64,000 nt of DNA, from contig CAWEWY010000003.1 of assembly GCA_963812905.1 (NCBI GenBank), forward strand, positions 1,527,470 to 1,591,469, given 5' to 3'. Source of the stretch: an uncultured Solirubrobacterales bacterium. GTDB taxonomy: Bacteria; Actinomycetota; Thermoleophilia; Solirubrobacterales; 70-9. Below the pieces are notes generated by a model. It did no database searches. It saw only the letters and a list, made by a program, of their open reading frames with translations, and was not told the origin of the DNA. Position 1 is the first letter of the stretch. The number at the start of each line of letters is the position of its first letter. A program made the position numbers and the translations under genes. Shown piece after piece: positions 30,026 to 40,162 of this stretch.

Positions 30026-30234
30026 CCTCGGCGAGCAGAGCCGGCGAACTGAAGCAGTTGGTGACTCAGGGCGATGGTCTCTGCCAGATTCACGTCCATG
30101 GAACGCCGAGCGTCAGCCCTTAGTCGCTGTACTCGGACTGCCTCGGCAGCAAAGGCTGCGTTCTTAGGCGCCCTTCCAGCCTGATCGGTGGATGCCATTC
30201 GAACACCGTAGCGGAGTGCCGGACGGCTCATCAA
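30022..30234 (-). CDS. Small 70-aa protein upstream of the NTase gene with overlapping stop/start; possible partner
   Basis: Translationally coupled to the NTase gene; no recognisable motif. Confidence 0.3.
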   Translation of the reverse strand: MMSRPALRYGVRMASTDQAGRAPKNAAFAAEAVRVQRLRADARRSMDVNLAETIALSHQLLQFAGSARRG

Positions 30235-30282
30235 CCCTCGGGCGGGGTGTTTCGTGACTTCGCCTCGTCTGGCATTGCCCGG

Positions 30283-30909
30283 CTAGGCGTAGAGGCTCTC
30301 GGAGGCCAGCTCCTGCGCCCGGCGGCTCCAGAGCTTCACCTGCATGAAGATGTCGTCGCCGTAGCCCTCGAGGGCGTCGAGGGCGAGGAGGGTGAAGCGG
30401 CCGTCGGAGACGACTTCCTGGTCGACGGTCTCCAGCTCCAGCTCCGCCGTGGCGGCTACGGCGCCCTGGACCAGGGGGCGGCCCCAGACGAGGGTGACGG
30501 CGCCGGCGCGGCCGTTCTCTCCTCGCCAGCGGCCGATCACCTCGTCGTTGAGGTCGATCTTCCAGCCCGGGTTGTCCTCGGCGAGGACGTCGGTGAAGTC
30601 GGCGGCGGCGCGGAAGTCGGAGGGCTCGCCCTGCTCGGGCTGGACGTAGGAGACGTGGCCGAACAGCTCGATCGTTCCCTCCGGGCCGTCGGTCCTGGCT
30701 GTGCAGGGCACCCAGACGCGGCCACCCCAGGCGCGCTCGGGGAACCATTCGAGCTCCCCGGCGGCCTCGACGCCGTTCGGCAGGTCGTCGATCTCGGCGC
30801 ACGCCTTGCGGAACGCCTCCCCGAGCCGCTCGGCGAAGCGCCCGTGCGGGATCCCCTCCTGGGTCGAGTCGGCGATGAAGCGGGGGATCGGGCGCGGGTT
30901 GGGCGGCAT
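30283..30909 (-). CDS. Hypothetical protein (~208 aa)
   Basis: [11 protein letters not shown]…; its ATG overlaps the galT stop (TGATG). Confidence 0.45.
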   Translation of the reverse strand: MPPNPRPIPRFIADSTQEGIPHGRFAERLGEAFRKACAEIDDLPNGVEAAGELEWFPERAWGGRVWVPCTARTDGPEGTIELFGHVSYVQPEQGEPSDFRAAADFTDVLAEDNPGWKIDLNDEVIGRWRGENGRAGAVTLVWGRPLVQGAVAATAELELETVDQEVVSDGRFTLLALDALEGYGDDIFMQVKLWSRRAQELASESLYA

Positions 30910-32047
30910 CAGAGGCACTCTCGCAAATCCGCCGCCGCCCGCTCGGGCGGGTAGGTGTTGATGTCGACTCCGGTGGCGAACTCGAAGGCGGCCTTGATGC
31001 TGAGGCGGGGGGCGATGTCGACGTGCCAGTGGAAGTGCGTCGGCGCCGCGGGGCGCCGTGCGGACCCAGAGGTTGAGCTCGGGGGAGACGCCGAAGCGCT
31101 TGGCGAGGAGCCGCAGCGCGGTGTGGATCATCGCCGCGCCCGTCGTGTCCTCGGCGAAGCTCGCGGCGGCGCGCGCGCGGCACGACCCGCAGCTCGAAGG
31201 GCGAGCGCGAGGCCCAGGGGCAGATCAGCGCCGCCTCGTCGTCGATCGCGACGAGGCGCTCCTGGCGGCGCACCTCCTCGACGAGCACGTCGCTGAGCAG
31301 GCTGCCGCCGCCGGTGCGTTCGCCGTAGGCGCCGGCCCGCTCGCGCTCGCGGGCCACGGCCGCCGGGACGAACTCGAGCGCGTAGAGCTGGGCGTGGGTG
31401 TGCTCGAGCGAGGCCCCGGCGCCGCCGCCCTCGTTGACGATCAGCTGCACGTAGGCGGCGTCGGCGTGGGCGCGCATCCGCTCGCGCCAGGTCTCCACCG
31501 CCGCGCCGAACTGCTCCTCGCTCAGCTCGGCCATCGCGGTGACGTGCTGCGGTGCGTTGACGATCACCTCGTGGGCGCCGGCCGCCGGGCGCGAGGCGAA
31601 GAGGTCGGGCTCGCCGGCCCGCCGCGACTCCAGCAGCGGGTCGCCGGCGCTGGCGAAGGCGCCCGCCTCGCCCTGGTCGCTTCAGACGCGCATCGCGATT
31701 GGAGGCTGTTCCCCGAACCGTGATGCGCGGCGAGCTCTGGCCTCGCCCAGCGCCGGGTAGAGGTTCGGCACGACGCGCGTCGTCCAACCCGGGGTGTCGG
31801 CCGCTCCGCCGCCCGCCCGCGTCGCGTAGACCTCCGGCGGCGTGCGGTCCTCGCGCCCCTCGCAGAAGGGGCAGTTCTCCGGCCCCTTCGGCTCGCTCGG
31901 CACCGCGCTGGAACCCCTCCGGGCGCTCGGCACGCCCGGGCGCCAGGATCGCCGGCAGCCCCGAGAGCTGGTCGATGCGCAGCTCGGGGCGCTCAAATTC
32001 AGAGCGCGCGTCCGAAATGAGCGCGCGGCTGGGAAGGCCGAGACCAA
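30909..32047 (-). CDS. galT: Galactose-1-phosphate uridylyltransferase-like (HIT-family GalT); at least three frame changes
   Basis: [15 protein letters not shown]…[10 protein letters not shown] (Zn/N-terminal half), …[21 protein letters not shown] (HxHxQ), …[33 protein letters not shown]… and the C-terminus …[43 protein letters not shown] each lie in a different frame. Confidence 0.65.
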
Positions 32048-32099
32048 GCGGGACGGACACGAGACGGTTCACGAGTAGCGGAGCTACGCGGGACACGGC

Positions 32100-32919
32100 G
32101 TCGGCGTCGGGCGTCGGCGGTGCGGGCGCAGGAGGCGCAGCGGGCGGCTTCGGCCTTTTCCTGCCCTGCTCGCCGCCGAGGAACGGTTCGATCATGTCCA
32201 TCGGCAGCGGGAAGACCACCGTGGTGTTCTGGTTGCTGCCGATTTCCAGCAGCGTCTGCAGGTAGCGCAGCTGCAGCGAGGCGGGGTTGGTGCTGATGAT
32301 GTCGGCGGCGTCGGTGAGCTTCTGCGCCGCCTGGTACTCGCCCTCGGAGTTGATGATCTTGGCCCGCCGCTCGCGCTCGGCCTCGGCCTGGCGGGCGATC
32401 GCGCGCTGCATCTGCTCGGGGATCTCGACGTCCTTGATCTCGACCGCGGTCACCTTCACGCCCCAGGGCTCGGTCGACTCGTCGATGATCTTCTGCAGCT
32501 CTTCGTTGAGCCGCTCGCGCTCGGAGAGCAGCTGGTCGAACTCGGCCTTGCCGAGCACCGAGCGCAGCGCCGTCTGCGAGATCTGCGAGGTGGCGATGAG
32601 GAAGTTTTCGACCTCGACGATCGCCCGGTTGGAGTCGACCACGCGGAAGTAGGCGACGGCGTTGACGCTGGCCGGGACGTTGTCGCGGGTGATCACCTCC
32701 TGCGGCGGGATGTTGAGCGTCACCGTGCGCAGGTCGACCCGCACCATGCGGTCGATCATCGGGATCAGCAGGATCAGGCCCGGCCCCTTGGTCGCGATCA
32801 GGCGGCCGAGGCGGAAGATCACGCCGCGCTCGTACTCGCGCAGCACGCGGACCGAGGCGCCGATCGCGATCACGGCGAAGAAGGCGACGATGACCAGCGA
32901 CTCCGAGCGCGACTGCCAT
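32100..32919 (-). CDS. SPFH/Band-7 (stomatin-like) protein; indel right after the start
   Basis: Transmembrane segment [57 protein letters not shown]…; the 3' end is approximate. Confidence 0.75.
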
Positions 32920-33399
32920 CAGCTTGCTCCTTCCTCGGCTCTGCCGGCGGGGGACGCCTCGGGGCGGACCACCAGGGTCAGCCCGTCGACCGCATCGACC
33001 GTGACTCTATCCCCCACGCCGATCCGGCCCGTCGCCGCCGGCTAGGCGCGCTCCCCAGAGCGCCCCCTCGATCCAGACCTGGCCCTCGGGGTCGAGCGTG
33101 CTGCGCACCTCGGCGCTCGCCCCGACCAGCTCCTCGGAGCCGGTCCGCACCGGCTCGTCGCGGTGGGCCTCGAGCACCTTGCGGGTGATGAAGTAGAAGG
33201 CGACGAGCGAGAGCACGCCGAGCGCGATCAGCGCCGGCCCGACGACGTCGGCCGCGCCGCTGTCGGACTCGAGGGCGAGGATGCCGCCGGCGACCAGCCC
33301 CAGCGCGCCGAGCGCCGCCAGCACGCCGCCGGTGGAGAGCAGCAGCTCGCCGACGAGCAGCGCGATTCCGATCAGGGCGACGACTACGGCTGCGTCCAT
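32919..33399 (-). CDS. NfeD-like membrane protein (short form), partner of SPFH; C-terminal frame change
   Basis: MDAAVVVALIGIALLVGELLL… transmembrane segment; OB-fold C-terminus …GQVWIEGALWGARLAGG then, after a shift, IGVGDRVTVDAVDGLTLVVRPE…*; stop TGA at 32919-32921. Confidence 0.7.
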
Positions 33400-34012
33400 G
33401 ACCCGATTATCCGCTTTCGCGATTCTTCGCCGAGCGCGTAGCGCTCGATGTCCGCTTCGCAGTTCGGCGTGCTCGGTGTAAGGGCCCTGCTTGAGGAAGA
33501 CGAGCTTGCCCGGCGCGGTCGTAGAAGGCGGTGTCGGGCAGGCCACCGGTCGCGCCGATTTCGTTGGCGATGTCCTTGTTCGGTCGGTGTAGCTCGGGTA
33601 GGGGACCGGGGCTTCTTCGAGGAAGGTCTTCGCGGCGTGCGTCGGAGTCCTGGCTGTCGACGCCGAGGAAGGCGACCCGTTTGCCGTAGGCGGCGGAGAG
33701 CTTCTGCAGGGTGGGGAACTCGAAGCGGCAGGGCCCGCACCAGGAGGCCCAGACGTTGACCACGACCGGGTAGCCGGCGAGCGCGGCGATGCGGCGCTGG
33801 TAGGCGTCGGCCCCGCCGGGCAGCAGCTGGTCCGCCTGCCGGTGCAGGGCGGCGAGCGGGGCGGGCGAGCCGGCCAGCGCCGTCGCGTAGTCGGGGTGCT
33901 TGCCGCCGTAGTCGCCGCCCGCGCCGCTGCCACACCCTGCCGCCGCCGAGGCGATCAGGAGCACCGAAGCGAGATGAACGATCTGCAGTCGAGGTGCTCG
34001 CATCATCCCCAA
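33384..34012 (-). CDS. TlpA/ResA-like thiol:disulfide oxidoreductase lipoprotein (frame changes near the C-terminus)
   Basis: Lipobox LLIASAAAGCG; thioredoxin motif VVNVWASWCGPCR. Confidence 0.7.
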
Positions 34013-34188
34013 AGGGGGCCGTCGGAATCATTCATCTGGCTTCGATGGGTACAATACGTACGTTCGGTTCGCATCTGCGATGCAAACCGCTGAGAGCGTG
34101 GGGGGACGGAAAGGCAGACCCCCGGCATCCTCGTCCTAGTGCCCCGCCCACGTAACGCGTTGCGGCGGGGACGAACCCGAAAGCCTTC

Positions 34189-36825
34189 ATGGCCAAGACC
34201 AGCGAAGTTGCCGCGCCGGCGGCAGTTCCATCGAGTGCCGACATCGAGCGGGCGGCGAAGTTCGTCCGCGAGCCCTTCCTGCTCGACGGCGAGGGACCGG
34301 AGGCGCTTGCCCCGGGCACGGCGCGCCGCCGCGCGCTCGACGCCGCCCTGAAGGAGCTCGACGAAGGGGCGGAGGACCCCTCGATCCAGTGGCGCCGGGA
34401 CTTCTCGCTGCTGCTCGGCCTGGAGCGCCTGCTCGCCGACGAACCGCCGAAGCTGCGCGACGGGGCGGAGCTGAACCCGCACCAGGTCGACGCGCTCTCG
34501 GGCACGCTGACCGAGCTGATGGCCGAGCAGCAGATCGCGATCGCCGGCGAGGCCAACGGCAACGGCGCGGCGGAGGTGGCCGAGAAGGCCGCCCCGGCGC
34601 CGGCAGCCGAGGAGTCGAGCGAGGACGGGGCTGAGGCCAACGGCGAGGCCGAGCTCGAGGACGAGGAGCTGGCCCCCGACGAGGAGCCCCAGGACTGGGA
34701 GGAGGCACCGGCCGACGACGAGGAGACGATCGAGGAGGCGCCCGAGGACCCGGGCGCCGAGCGGCGCTTCTGGTTCGAGCACGCGACCGGCGCCGGCAAG
34801 ACGGTCGCCGCGGTCGGCTTCATCGACGCCTCGCGCACCGGCGGCGTGCTGATCCTCACCCACCGCCGCAACCTCGTCGACCAGTTCATCGGCGAGATCT
34901 CCGACCGCGGCTACAAGGAGCGCCTGCGCCCGCCGCTGCTCGACGGCCGCGACGATCCCGACGGCCCGGTCACGGTCGAGACCTACCAGTGGTTCGTGCG
35001 CAACCACAAGAAGATCTCCGACGCCTACTCGATCGTGATCTGCGACGAGGCGCACACCGCGCTGGGCGAGAAGACCAGCGCCTGCATCCGCGCCTGGGTC
35101 GGTCCCGTCTTCATCGGCATGACCGCGACCGGCGCGCTGATCGCCCGCCACGTCACCGACCTCTTCCCGACCCAGACCTCGCGCTTCGACCTGATCCAGG
35201 CGGCGCGCCGCGGCGTGATCTCGCCGCTGCGCTGCATGCGCATCCCGCCCGGCCCGGGGGTGCGGACGATCGCCAAGGTGCCGCTGCGAAAAGGCGAGGT
35301 CGACCAGGACTTCGACCAGGAGGAGCTGGCCGCGCTGCTCGACCAGGAGCCCTTCAACGTGGCGATCGCCGACCTCTACAAGACCCGCTTCGCCGGCATG
35401 CCCGGCGTCCTCTACACGGCCGGCGTGCAGCACGCCAAGAACGTCGCCCGGGCGCTGCAGAACGCCGGCATCGCCGCCCGCGCCGTCTCCGGCGAGACGC
35501 CGAAGCGCGAACTGGCCGAGATCCTCGCCGGCTTCGAGCGCGGCGAGGTCGACGTGCTCTGCAACGCGATGCTGCTCGCCGAGGGCTGGAACTCGCCGCG
35601 GGCGACGCTCTGCATGCACCTGGCGCCGACCGCCTCGCGGCGGATCTACCAGCAGCGGGTCGGCCGCGTGACCCGGCGCGCGCCGGGCAAGGAGGCCGGC
35701 CTGGTGATCGACTTCGTCCACCCGGCGACGACCCACGACGAGGCGATCGTCACCCTGCACAGCCTGCTCGACCGCGACGTCTACCGCGGCGGCGCGATCG
35801 TGATCGGCCCGGTGCGGCGGGCGCGCGGGCGGCGGATCCGGGTCGAGCGGCGGATCGTCCCCGTCTCCGACAACGAGGAACGCCGCATGCAGGTGCTCGA
35901 ACGCGAGATGTGGCGGATCGCGGTCGACAACCTCGACCACGCCGAGCAGCACGCCTGGGCGGCGCTGGCCGGGGCGCGGGTCAACCCGCAGGGCTGGCGC
36001 CGGGCGCGGGCGATCCTGCAGGGCTCCGGCTCGCAGGAGCTGAAGCGCCGCTTCCTGCTCACCTGCGTGCAGCGCAACCGCAACTCGCAGCTGAAACTGA
36101 AAGCGCTGAGCGAGATCGCCGACCTCGGCGACCCCGAGGCCTTCGACGACGCGATCGACATCGTCGGCACCTGGACCCGCGACGACCGGCGGGCCGGGAC
36201 GAAAACGCTGCTGCAGGCGCTGGTCGACAAGCGGATCGGCCGCCGCGACCAGGCGCAGGCCTGGGTCTGGCGGCTCGCCTCCTACACCCGCGAGCTGCAC
36301 GAAGAGTATGCGGTGCAGCGCTGGCCGGAGACGAAGCGGCTGCTGGGCCTGCTGGTCAACTCCTCCGGCCGGGCGCACGGCCGCAACGCGCGGCGGCTGG
36401 TCCACGCGTCGCGCAAACAGGACCGGCGGCTGGCGGTGGCGCTGCTGGCCGGCGCCGTCTCGCACACGCCCGAGGGCGAAGAGGTGCTGCGCGGGGCGCG
36501 GATGCGGATGGCCCGCAAGCCCTCGGCGATCGCGCGCGAGCTGCTGCGCAACTTCCCCAAGGGCGGCAAGCGGCGCAAGCGCAACAAGCGCAAGGGCGAG
36601 GAGGGTGCCGGCCAGGCGGAGCAGAAGGGTCAGGGCAAAGCGAGGGTTCAGCGCAAAAGGCGCTCGAGGAAAGCCGAGGCTGGGAGCCCCATGGGCAACG
36701 GCGCCGAGGCCGAGAACGGCTCAGAGGCGGAGCTGGACCTCGCCGGCGCCGAGGCTGACGCGGCCCCCTCCGGGAACGGCGACGACGAGGTTGCCGCGGT
36801 CGTCGATCCCGTCGGCGACTCCTGA
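34189..36825 (+). CDS. SF2 DEAD/DEAH-box helicase-family protein with an acidic N-terminal region
   Basis: Walker A HATGAGKT, DEAH-like ICDEAHT, motif III GMTATGA, motif VI QQRVGRVTRR; uninterrupted 878-aa ORF; the 3' tail overlaps the convergent birA. Confidence 0.8.
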   Translation: MAKTSEVAAPAAVPSSADIERAAKFVREPFLLDGEGPEALAPGTARRRALDAALKELDEGAEDPSIQWRRDFSLLLGLERLLADEPPKLRDGAELNPHQVDALSGTLTELMAEQQIAIAGEANGNGAAEVAEKAAPAPAAEESSEDGAEANGEAELEDEELAPDEEPQDWEEAPADDEETIEEAPEDPGAERRFWFEHATGAGKTVAAVGFIDASRTGGVLILTHRRNLVDQFIGEISDRGYKERLRPPLLDGRDDPDGPVTVETYQWFVRNHKKISDAYSIVICDEAHTALGEKTSACIRAWVGPVFIGMTATGALIARHVTDLFPTQTSRFDLIQAARRGVISPLRCMRIPPGPGVRTIAKVPLRKGEVDQDFDQEELAALLDQEPFNVAIADLYKTRFAGMPGVLYTAGVQHAKNVARALQNAGIAARAVSGETPKRELAEILAGFERGEVDVLCNAMLLAEGWNSPRATLCMHLAPTASRRIYQQRVGRVTRRAPGKEAGLVIDFVHPATTHDEAIVTLHSLLDRDVYRGGAIVIGPVRRARGRRIRVERRIVPVSDNEERRMQVLEREMWRIAVDNLDHAEQHAWAALAGARVNPQGWRRARAILQGSGSQELKRRFLLTCVQRNRNSQLKLKALSEIADLGDPEAFDDAIDIVGTWTRDDRRAGTKTLLQALVDKRIGRRDQAQAWVWRLASYTRELHEEYAVQRWPETKRLLGLLVNSSGRAHGRNARRLVHASRKQDRRLAVALLAGAVSHTPEGEEVLRGARMRMARKPSAIARELLRNFPKGGKRRKRNKRKGEEGAGQAEQKGQGKARVQRKRRSRKAEAGSPMGNGAEAENGSEAELDLAGAEADAAPSGNGDDEVAAVVDPVGDS

Positions 36826-37480
36826 GCCGTCCTCCCAGGCGACCTCGCGCCCGCGCAGGCCGTCGCGCCGGCGCCACTCGGCGAGGACCTCTTCGTCTCC
36901 TGCCCAGACCCAGTGGTCGAGGTGGCGGCTTAGGACCGTCGCCGCGGTGGAGGGGGTCGGGGGGGGTCCCGACGGAGCAACAGCGGGGAGGCTCCGTCGG
37001 GACCCCCCCCGACTCCCCGCAGCCGTGTCGAAGAGCGAAGTCGCCGGGTGACGGAGGTCGGGCGGGAACTCATCCGGAGCTATGGAGAGGTTGAGGCCGA
37101 CGCCGATCACCGCCCAGCCGTCCTGTGGCTTCGCCTCGATCAGGATGCCGGCGAGCTTGCGCCCCTCGAGCCAGATGTCGTTGGGCCACTTGACCTTGCA
37201 CTCGATCCCGTCGCGCAGCTCCTCGGCGGCGGCGCAGACGGCGAGCGGGACGGAGAGCGGCAGCAGCAGGTGGCGCTGGTCGAGCGGCCGCAGGATCGCC
37301 GAGTAGAGCAGCGCCTTGCCTTCGGGCGCAGTCCAGACGCGACCCGACGCGGCCCCGGCCGGCGGTCTGTTCGCGGGCGGTGACCACGGTCCCGCCGGGA
37401 GCACCAGCCTCGGCCAGCTCGCGAGCGCGGCTATTGGTCGAGTCGGTGACCCGGAAGTGCCGGTGCGGCTCCCGAAAACA
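36721..37480 (-). CDS. birA: Biotin-[acetyl-CoA-carboxylase] ligase (frame changes)
   Basis: …VTAREQTAGRGR… (motif in one frame) and …KVKWPNDIWLEGRKLAGILIE…GIDDRGNLVV…GEV in another. Confidence 0.6.
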
Positions 37481-37492
37481 GAGTCCCCTTCC

Positions 37493-37544
37493 GGCTGACT
37501 TCGTCTTTTTGGGTGCATATGGGCGCCTAAGTGCGAAGTCAGCC
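37493..37544. repeat. Palindromic hairpin repeat, family H
   Basis: ggctgacttcg-tctttttgggtgcatatgggcgcctaagtg-cgaagtcagcc. Confidence 0.65.
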
Positions 37545-39077
37545 TTCGGTGTCGGCGAGGAGGGCGGCGACGAGGCCCTCGATGTCGTGGCGCTCGGCTT
37601 CGACGTGGACCTCGAGGCCGGCCCTGCGGGCCGCCTCGCTGGTCACCGGGCCGATCGAGACGATGCGGGCGTCGCTCGGGAAGCGGTCGCCGAGCGCCTC
37701 GGTCAGGTTGCGCACGGTCGAGGAGGAGGTGAAGGTGACGTAGTCGGCGCCCTGGGCGGCCTCGATCGCCTCGGCGCTGGGCTCCTCGCGCACGGTCTCG
37801 TAGAGGGCGACGACGTCGACCTCGGCGCCGCGGTCGCTGAGGTGCTCGGGGATGACGTCGCGGGCCTCGGCGGCGCGGGCGACGAGGACACGCTTGCCAC
37901 TCGACCTCGACCTCGGCCAGCGCTTCGACCAGCGACTCGGCGACGAAGCGCTCGGGGACGATGTCGGCGACGATGCCGATTCGCGGCCAGCGCCCGCGCG
38001 GTGCCGGGGCCGATCGCCGCGATGGTGCGCGACCGGCATCGCGGTCTGCCGATTCGTCACCGCCCAGGGCGCGAGCGTCGAGGCCGGCCGCACGCATCGC
38101 CTCGAAGAGCAGCTGCACTCCGTTCGGGCTGGTGAGGCAGATCAGCGCGTAGTCGCCGATCCGGCCGATCGCGCCCCGCACCTCCTCGCTCTCGATCCGC
38201 GGCTCGATCCGGATCGCCGGCAGCTCGACCACCTCGGCGCCGAGATCGCGCAGCGTCTTCGCCAGGCCGCTCGCCTGGGCGCGGGCGCGGGTGACGACGA
38301 CGCGGCGGCCGTGCAGGGGCCGGCGCTCGAGCCAGGCCAGCGACTCGCGGCGCTGCACCACCGGGCCGACGACGATCAGCGCCGGGGCGCCTACGCCCTC
38401 GCGCTCGACCGCCTCGGCGAGGCGTGCCGAGGGTGGCGACGACGGTGCGCTGCCCGTCCATCGTGCCGCGCTCGACCGCGGCGGCGGGCTCGCCGGCATC
38501 GCGGCCGGCCTCGATCAGCGCCGCCGCGTTGGCGGCGAGGCGCTTGACGCCCATGTAGAAGACGAGCGTGCCGGGGAAGCGGGCCAGCGCCTCCCAGTCG
38601 AGCGCGCTCTCCTCCTTCTCGGGATCCTCGTGGCCGGTGACGAAGGCGACCGCCGAGGCGTCGTCGCGGTGGGTGACCGGGATCCCGGCGTAGGCGGTGG
38701 CGGCGACCCCGGCGGTGACGCCGGGAACGACCTCGAACTCGACCCCGGCGGCGCGCAGCGCTTCGCCCTCCTCGCCGCCGCGCCCGAAGACGAACGGGTC
38801 GCCGCCCTTCAGCCGCACGACGCTCTTGCCGCGACCGCGCCGCCTCGATCAGGCGCTCGCCGATCTCCTCCTGCGGGACGGACGGACGGCCGGGCGCCTT
38901 GCCGACGTAGACCAGCTCAGCGTCCTCGCGCGCTCCGTCGAGCGCCCCCGGCGGGATCAGCCGGTCGTAGTAGATCGCGTCGGCCGAGGCGATCAGCTCC
39001 AGCGACCGCGCCGTCATCAGGCCCGGGTCGCCGGGTCCCGCTCCAACCAGATACACGACTCCCGCTCGCGCGCTCAT
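37539..39077 (-). CDS. Uroporphyrinogen-III C-methyltransferase / uroporphyrinogen-III synthase fusion (CobA-HemD); frame changes
   Basis: N-terminal half [15 protein letters not shown]… and [16 protein letters not shown] are SUMT motifs; C-terminal half …[19 protein letters not shown]…[12 protein letters not shown]…[13 protein letters not shown] is HemD. Confidence 0.7.
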
Positions 39078-39087
39078 CCGACCCCTC

Positions 39088-40026
39088 TCACGGGGGTGTC
39101 TGAGCTAAGGGGGCATATAGGACCCCTAAGCTCAGACACGTCCGCCGCTCCACTTCTCCGCCCGGTCGAGGATCTCGCGGGCGCCGGTGGCGAGCAGGCG
39201 CTGGGCCAGCTCGGCGCCGAGGAGGGCCGGCTCCGTCGCGGGTCGCCCTCGACCCGGTCGCGGATCCACTCGCTGCCGTCGGGCAGGCCGACGAAGGCGT
39301 CGATCGCTCCATCGCCTCGGCGTCGACCCTTGCGTGGACGCCGATCGGGGTGGCGCAGGTCGCGTCCAGCAGCGAGACGACGGTGCGCTCGGCGGTCAGC
39401 TCGCGCAGCGCGGTCTCGTCGCCGAGCGCGGCTCGACGGCCGCGGCGGTCTCCTCGTCGCTCGGCGCGGATCTGCAGGACGAGCGAGCCCTGGCCCGCGG
39501 CCGGGGTCATCGACTCGGCCGGGATCGCGAAGGAGATCTCGCTCTCGCGTCCCAGCCGCCGCAGGCCGGCGACGGCGAGCACGATCGCGTCGAGCTCGCC
39601 CTCGGCCAGCTTGCGCAGCCGGGTGTCGACGTTGCCGTGCAGCTCGCCGCACGCTCGAGGTCGGGCCGGGCGGCGAGCAGCTGGGCGCGCCGGCGCAGGC
39701 TGGCGGTCCCGACCTTGGCGCCCTCGGGCACGTCGTCGAGCGAGGCGCCGGCGCCGATCCAGGCGTCGGCGCGGGTCCTCGCGCGCGGGCACCGCGCCGA
39801 TCGTCAGTCCGTCGGGCAGCTCGGCCGGCAGGTCCTTGGCCGAGTGGACGCCGATCTCGGCCTCGCCATCGAGCAGCGCCCGCTCGACCCCGCGCACAAA
39901 GCGCGCCTTGTCGCCCGGCTCGCCGTCGGAGGAGACCTCGACCAGCTCGGCACCGCCGAGCATCTCGGCCACCTGTCCCGCTTGAGCCAGGGCAAGTGCG
40001 CTACCGCGGGTGGCAATTCGAAGCAT
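39088..40026 (-). CDS. hemC: Porphobilinogen deaminase (frame changes)
   Basis: MLRIATRGSALALAQAGQV…GDKARFVRGVERALLDGEAEIGVHSAKDLP…. Confidence 0.8.
   Translation of the reverse strand: MLRIATRGSALALAQAGQVAEMLGGAELVEVSSDGEPGDKARFVRGVERALLDGEAEIGVHSAKDLPAELPDGLTIGAVPAREDPRRRLDRRRRLARRRARGRQGRDRQPAPARPAARRPARPRACGELHGNVDTRLRKLAEGELDAIVLAVAGLRRLGRESEISFAIPAESMTPAAGQGSLVLQIRAERRGDRRGRRAALGDETALRELTAERTVVSLLDATCATPIGVHARVDAEAMERSTPSSACPTAASGSATGSRATRDGAGPPRRRAGPAPARHRRPRDPRPGGEVERRTCLSLGVLYAPLAQTPP
39096..39139. repeat. Palindromic hairpin repeat, family H
   Basis: gtgtctgagctaagg-gggcatatagg-acccctaagctcagacac. Confidence 0.65.
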
Positions 40027-40061
40027 CAGAGCGCGTGCCGCAGGCGATCCCGGTAGGGGTG

Positions 40062-40118
40062 GAACGTCTTGTACTTTTTCGCGAGCGCCATCGTCGGTCG
40101 CCGCAGACTCTGCTCGAA
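40062..40118. repeat. Degenerate fragment of the MITE-like family (inner arms only)
   Basis: cttgtactttttcg…ctcgaaaaagttaagtgg matches the inner arms of copies A and B; no terminal inverted repeats. Confidence 0.5.
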
Positions 40119-40162
40119 AAAGTTAAGTGGAACCCCTGCCGGGATCGCTCGGCGCAGCTCAG

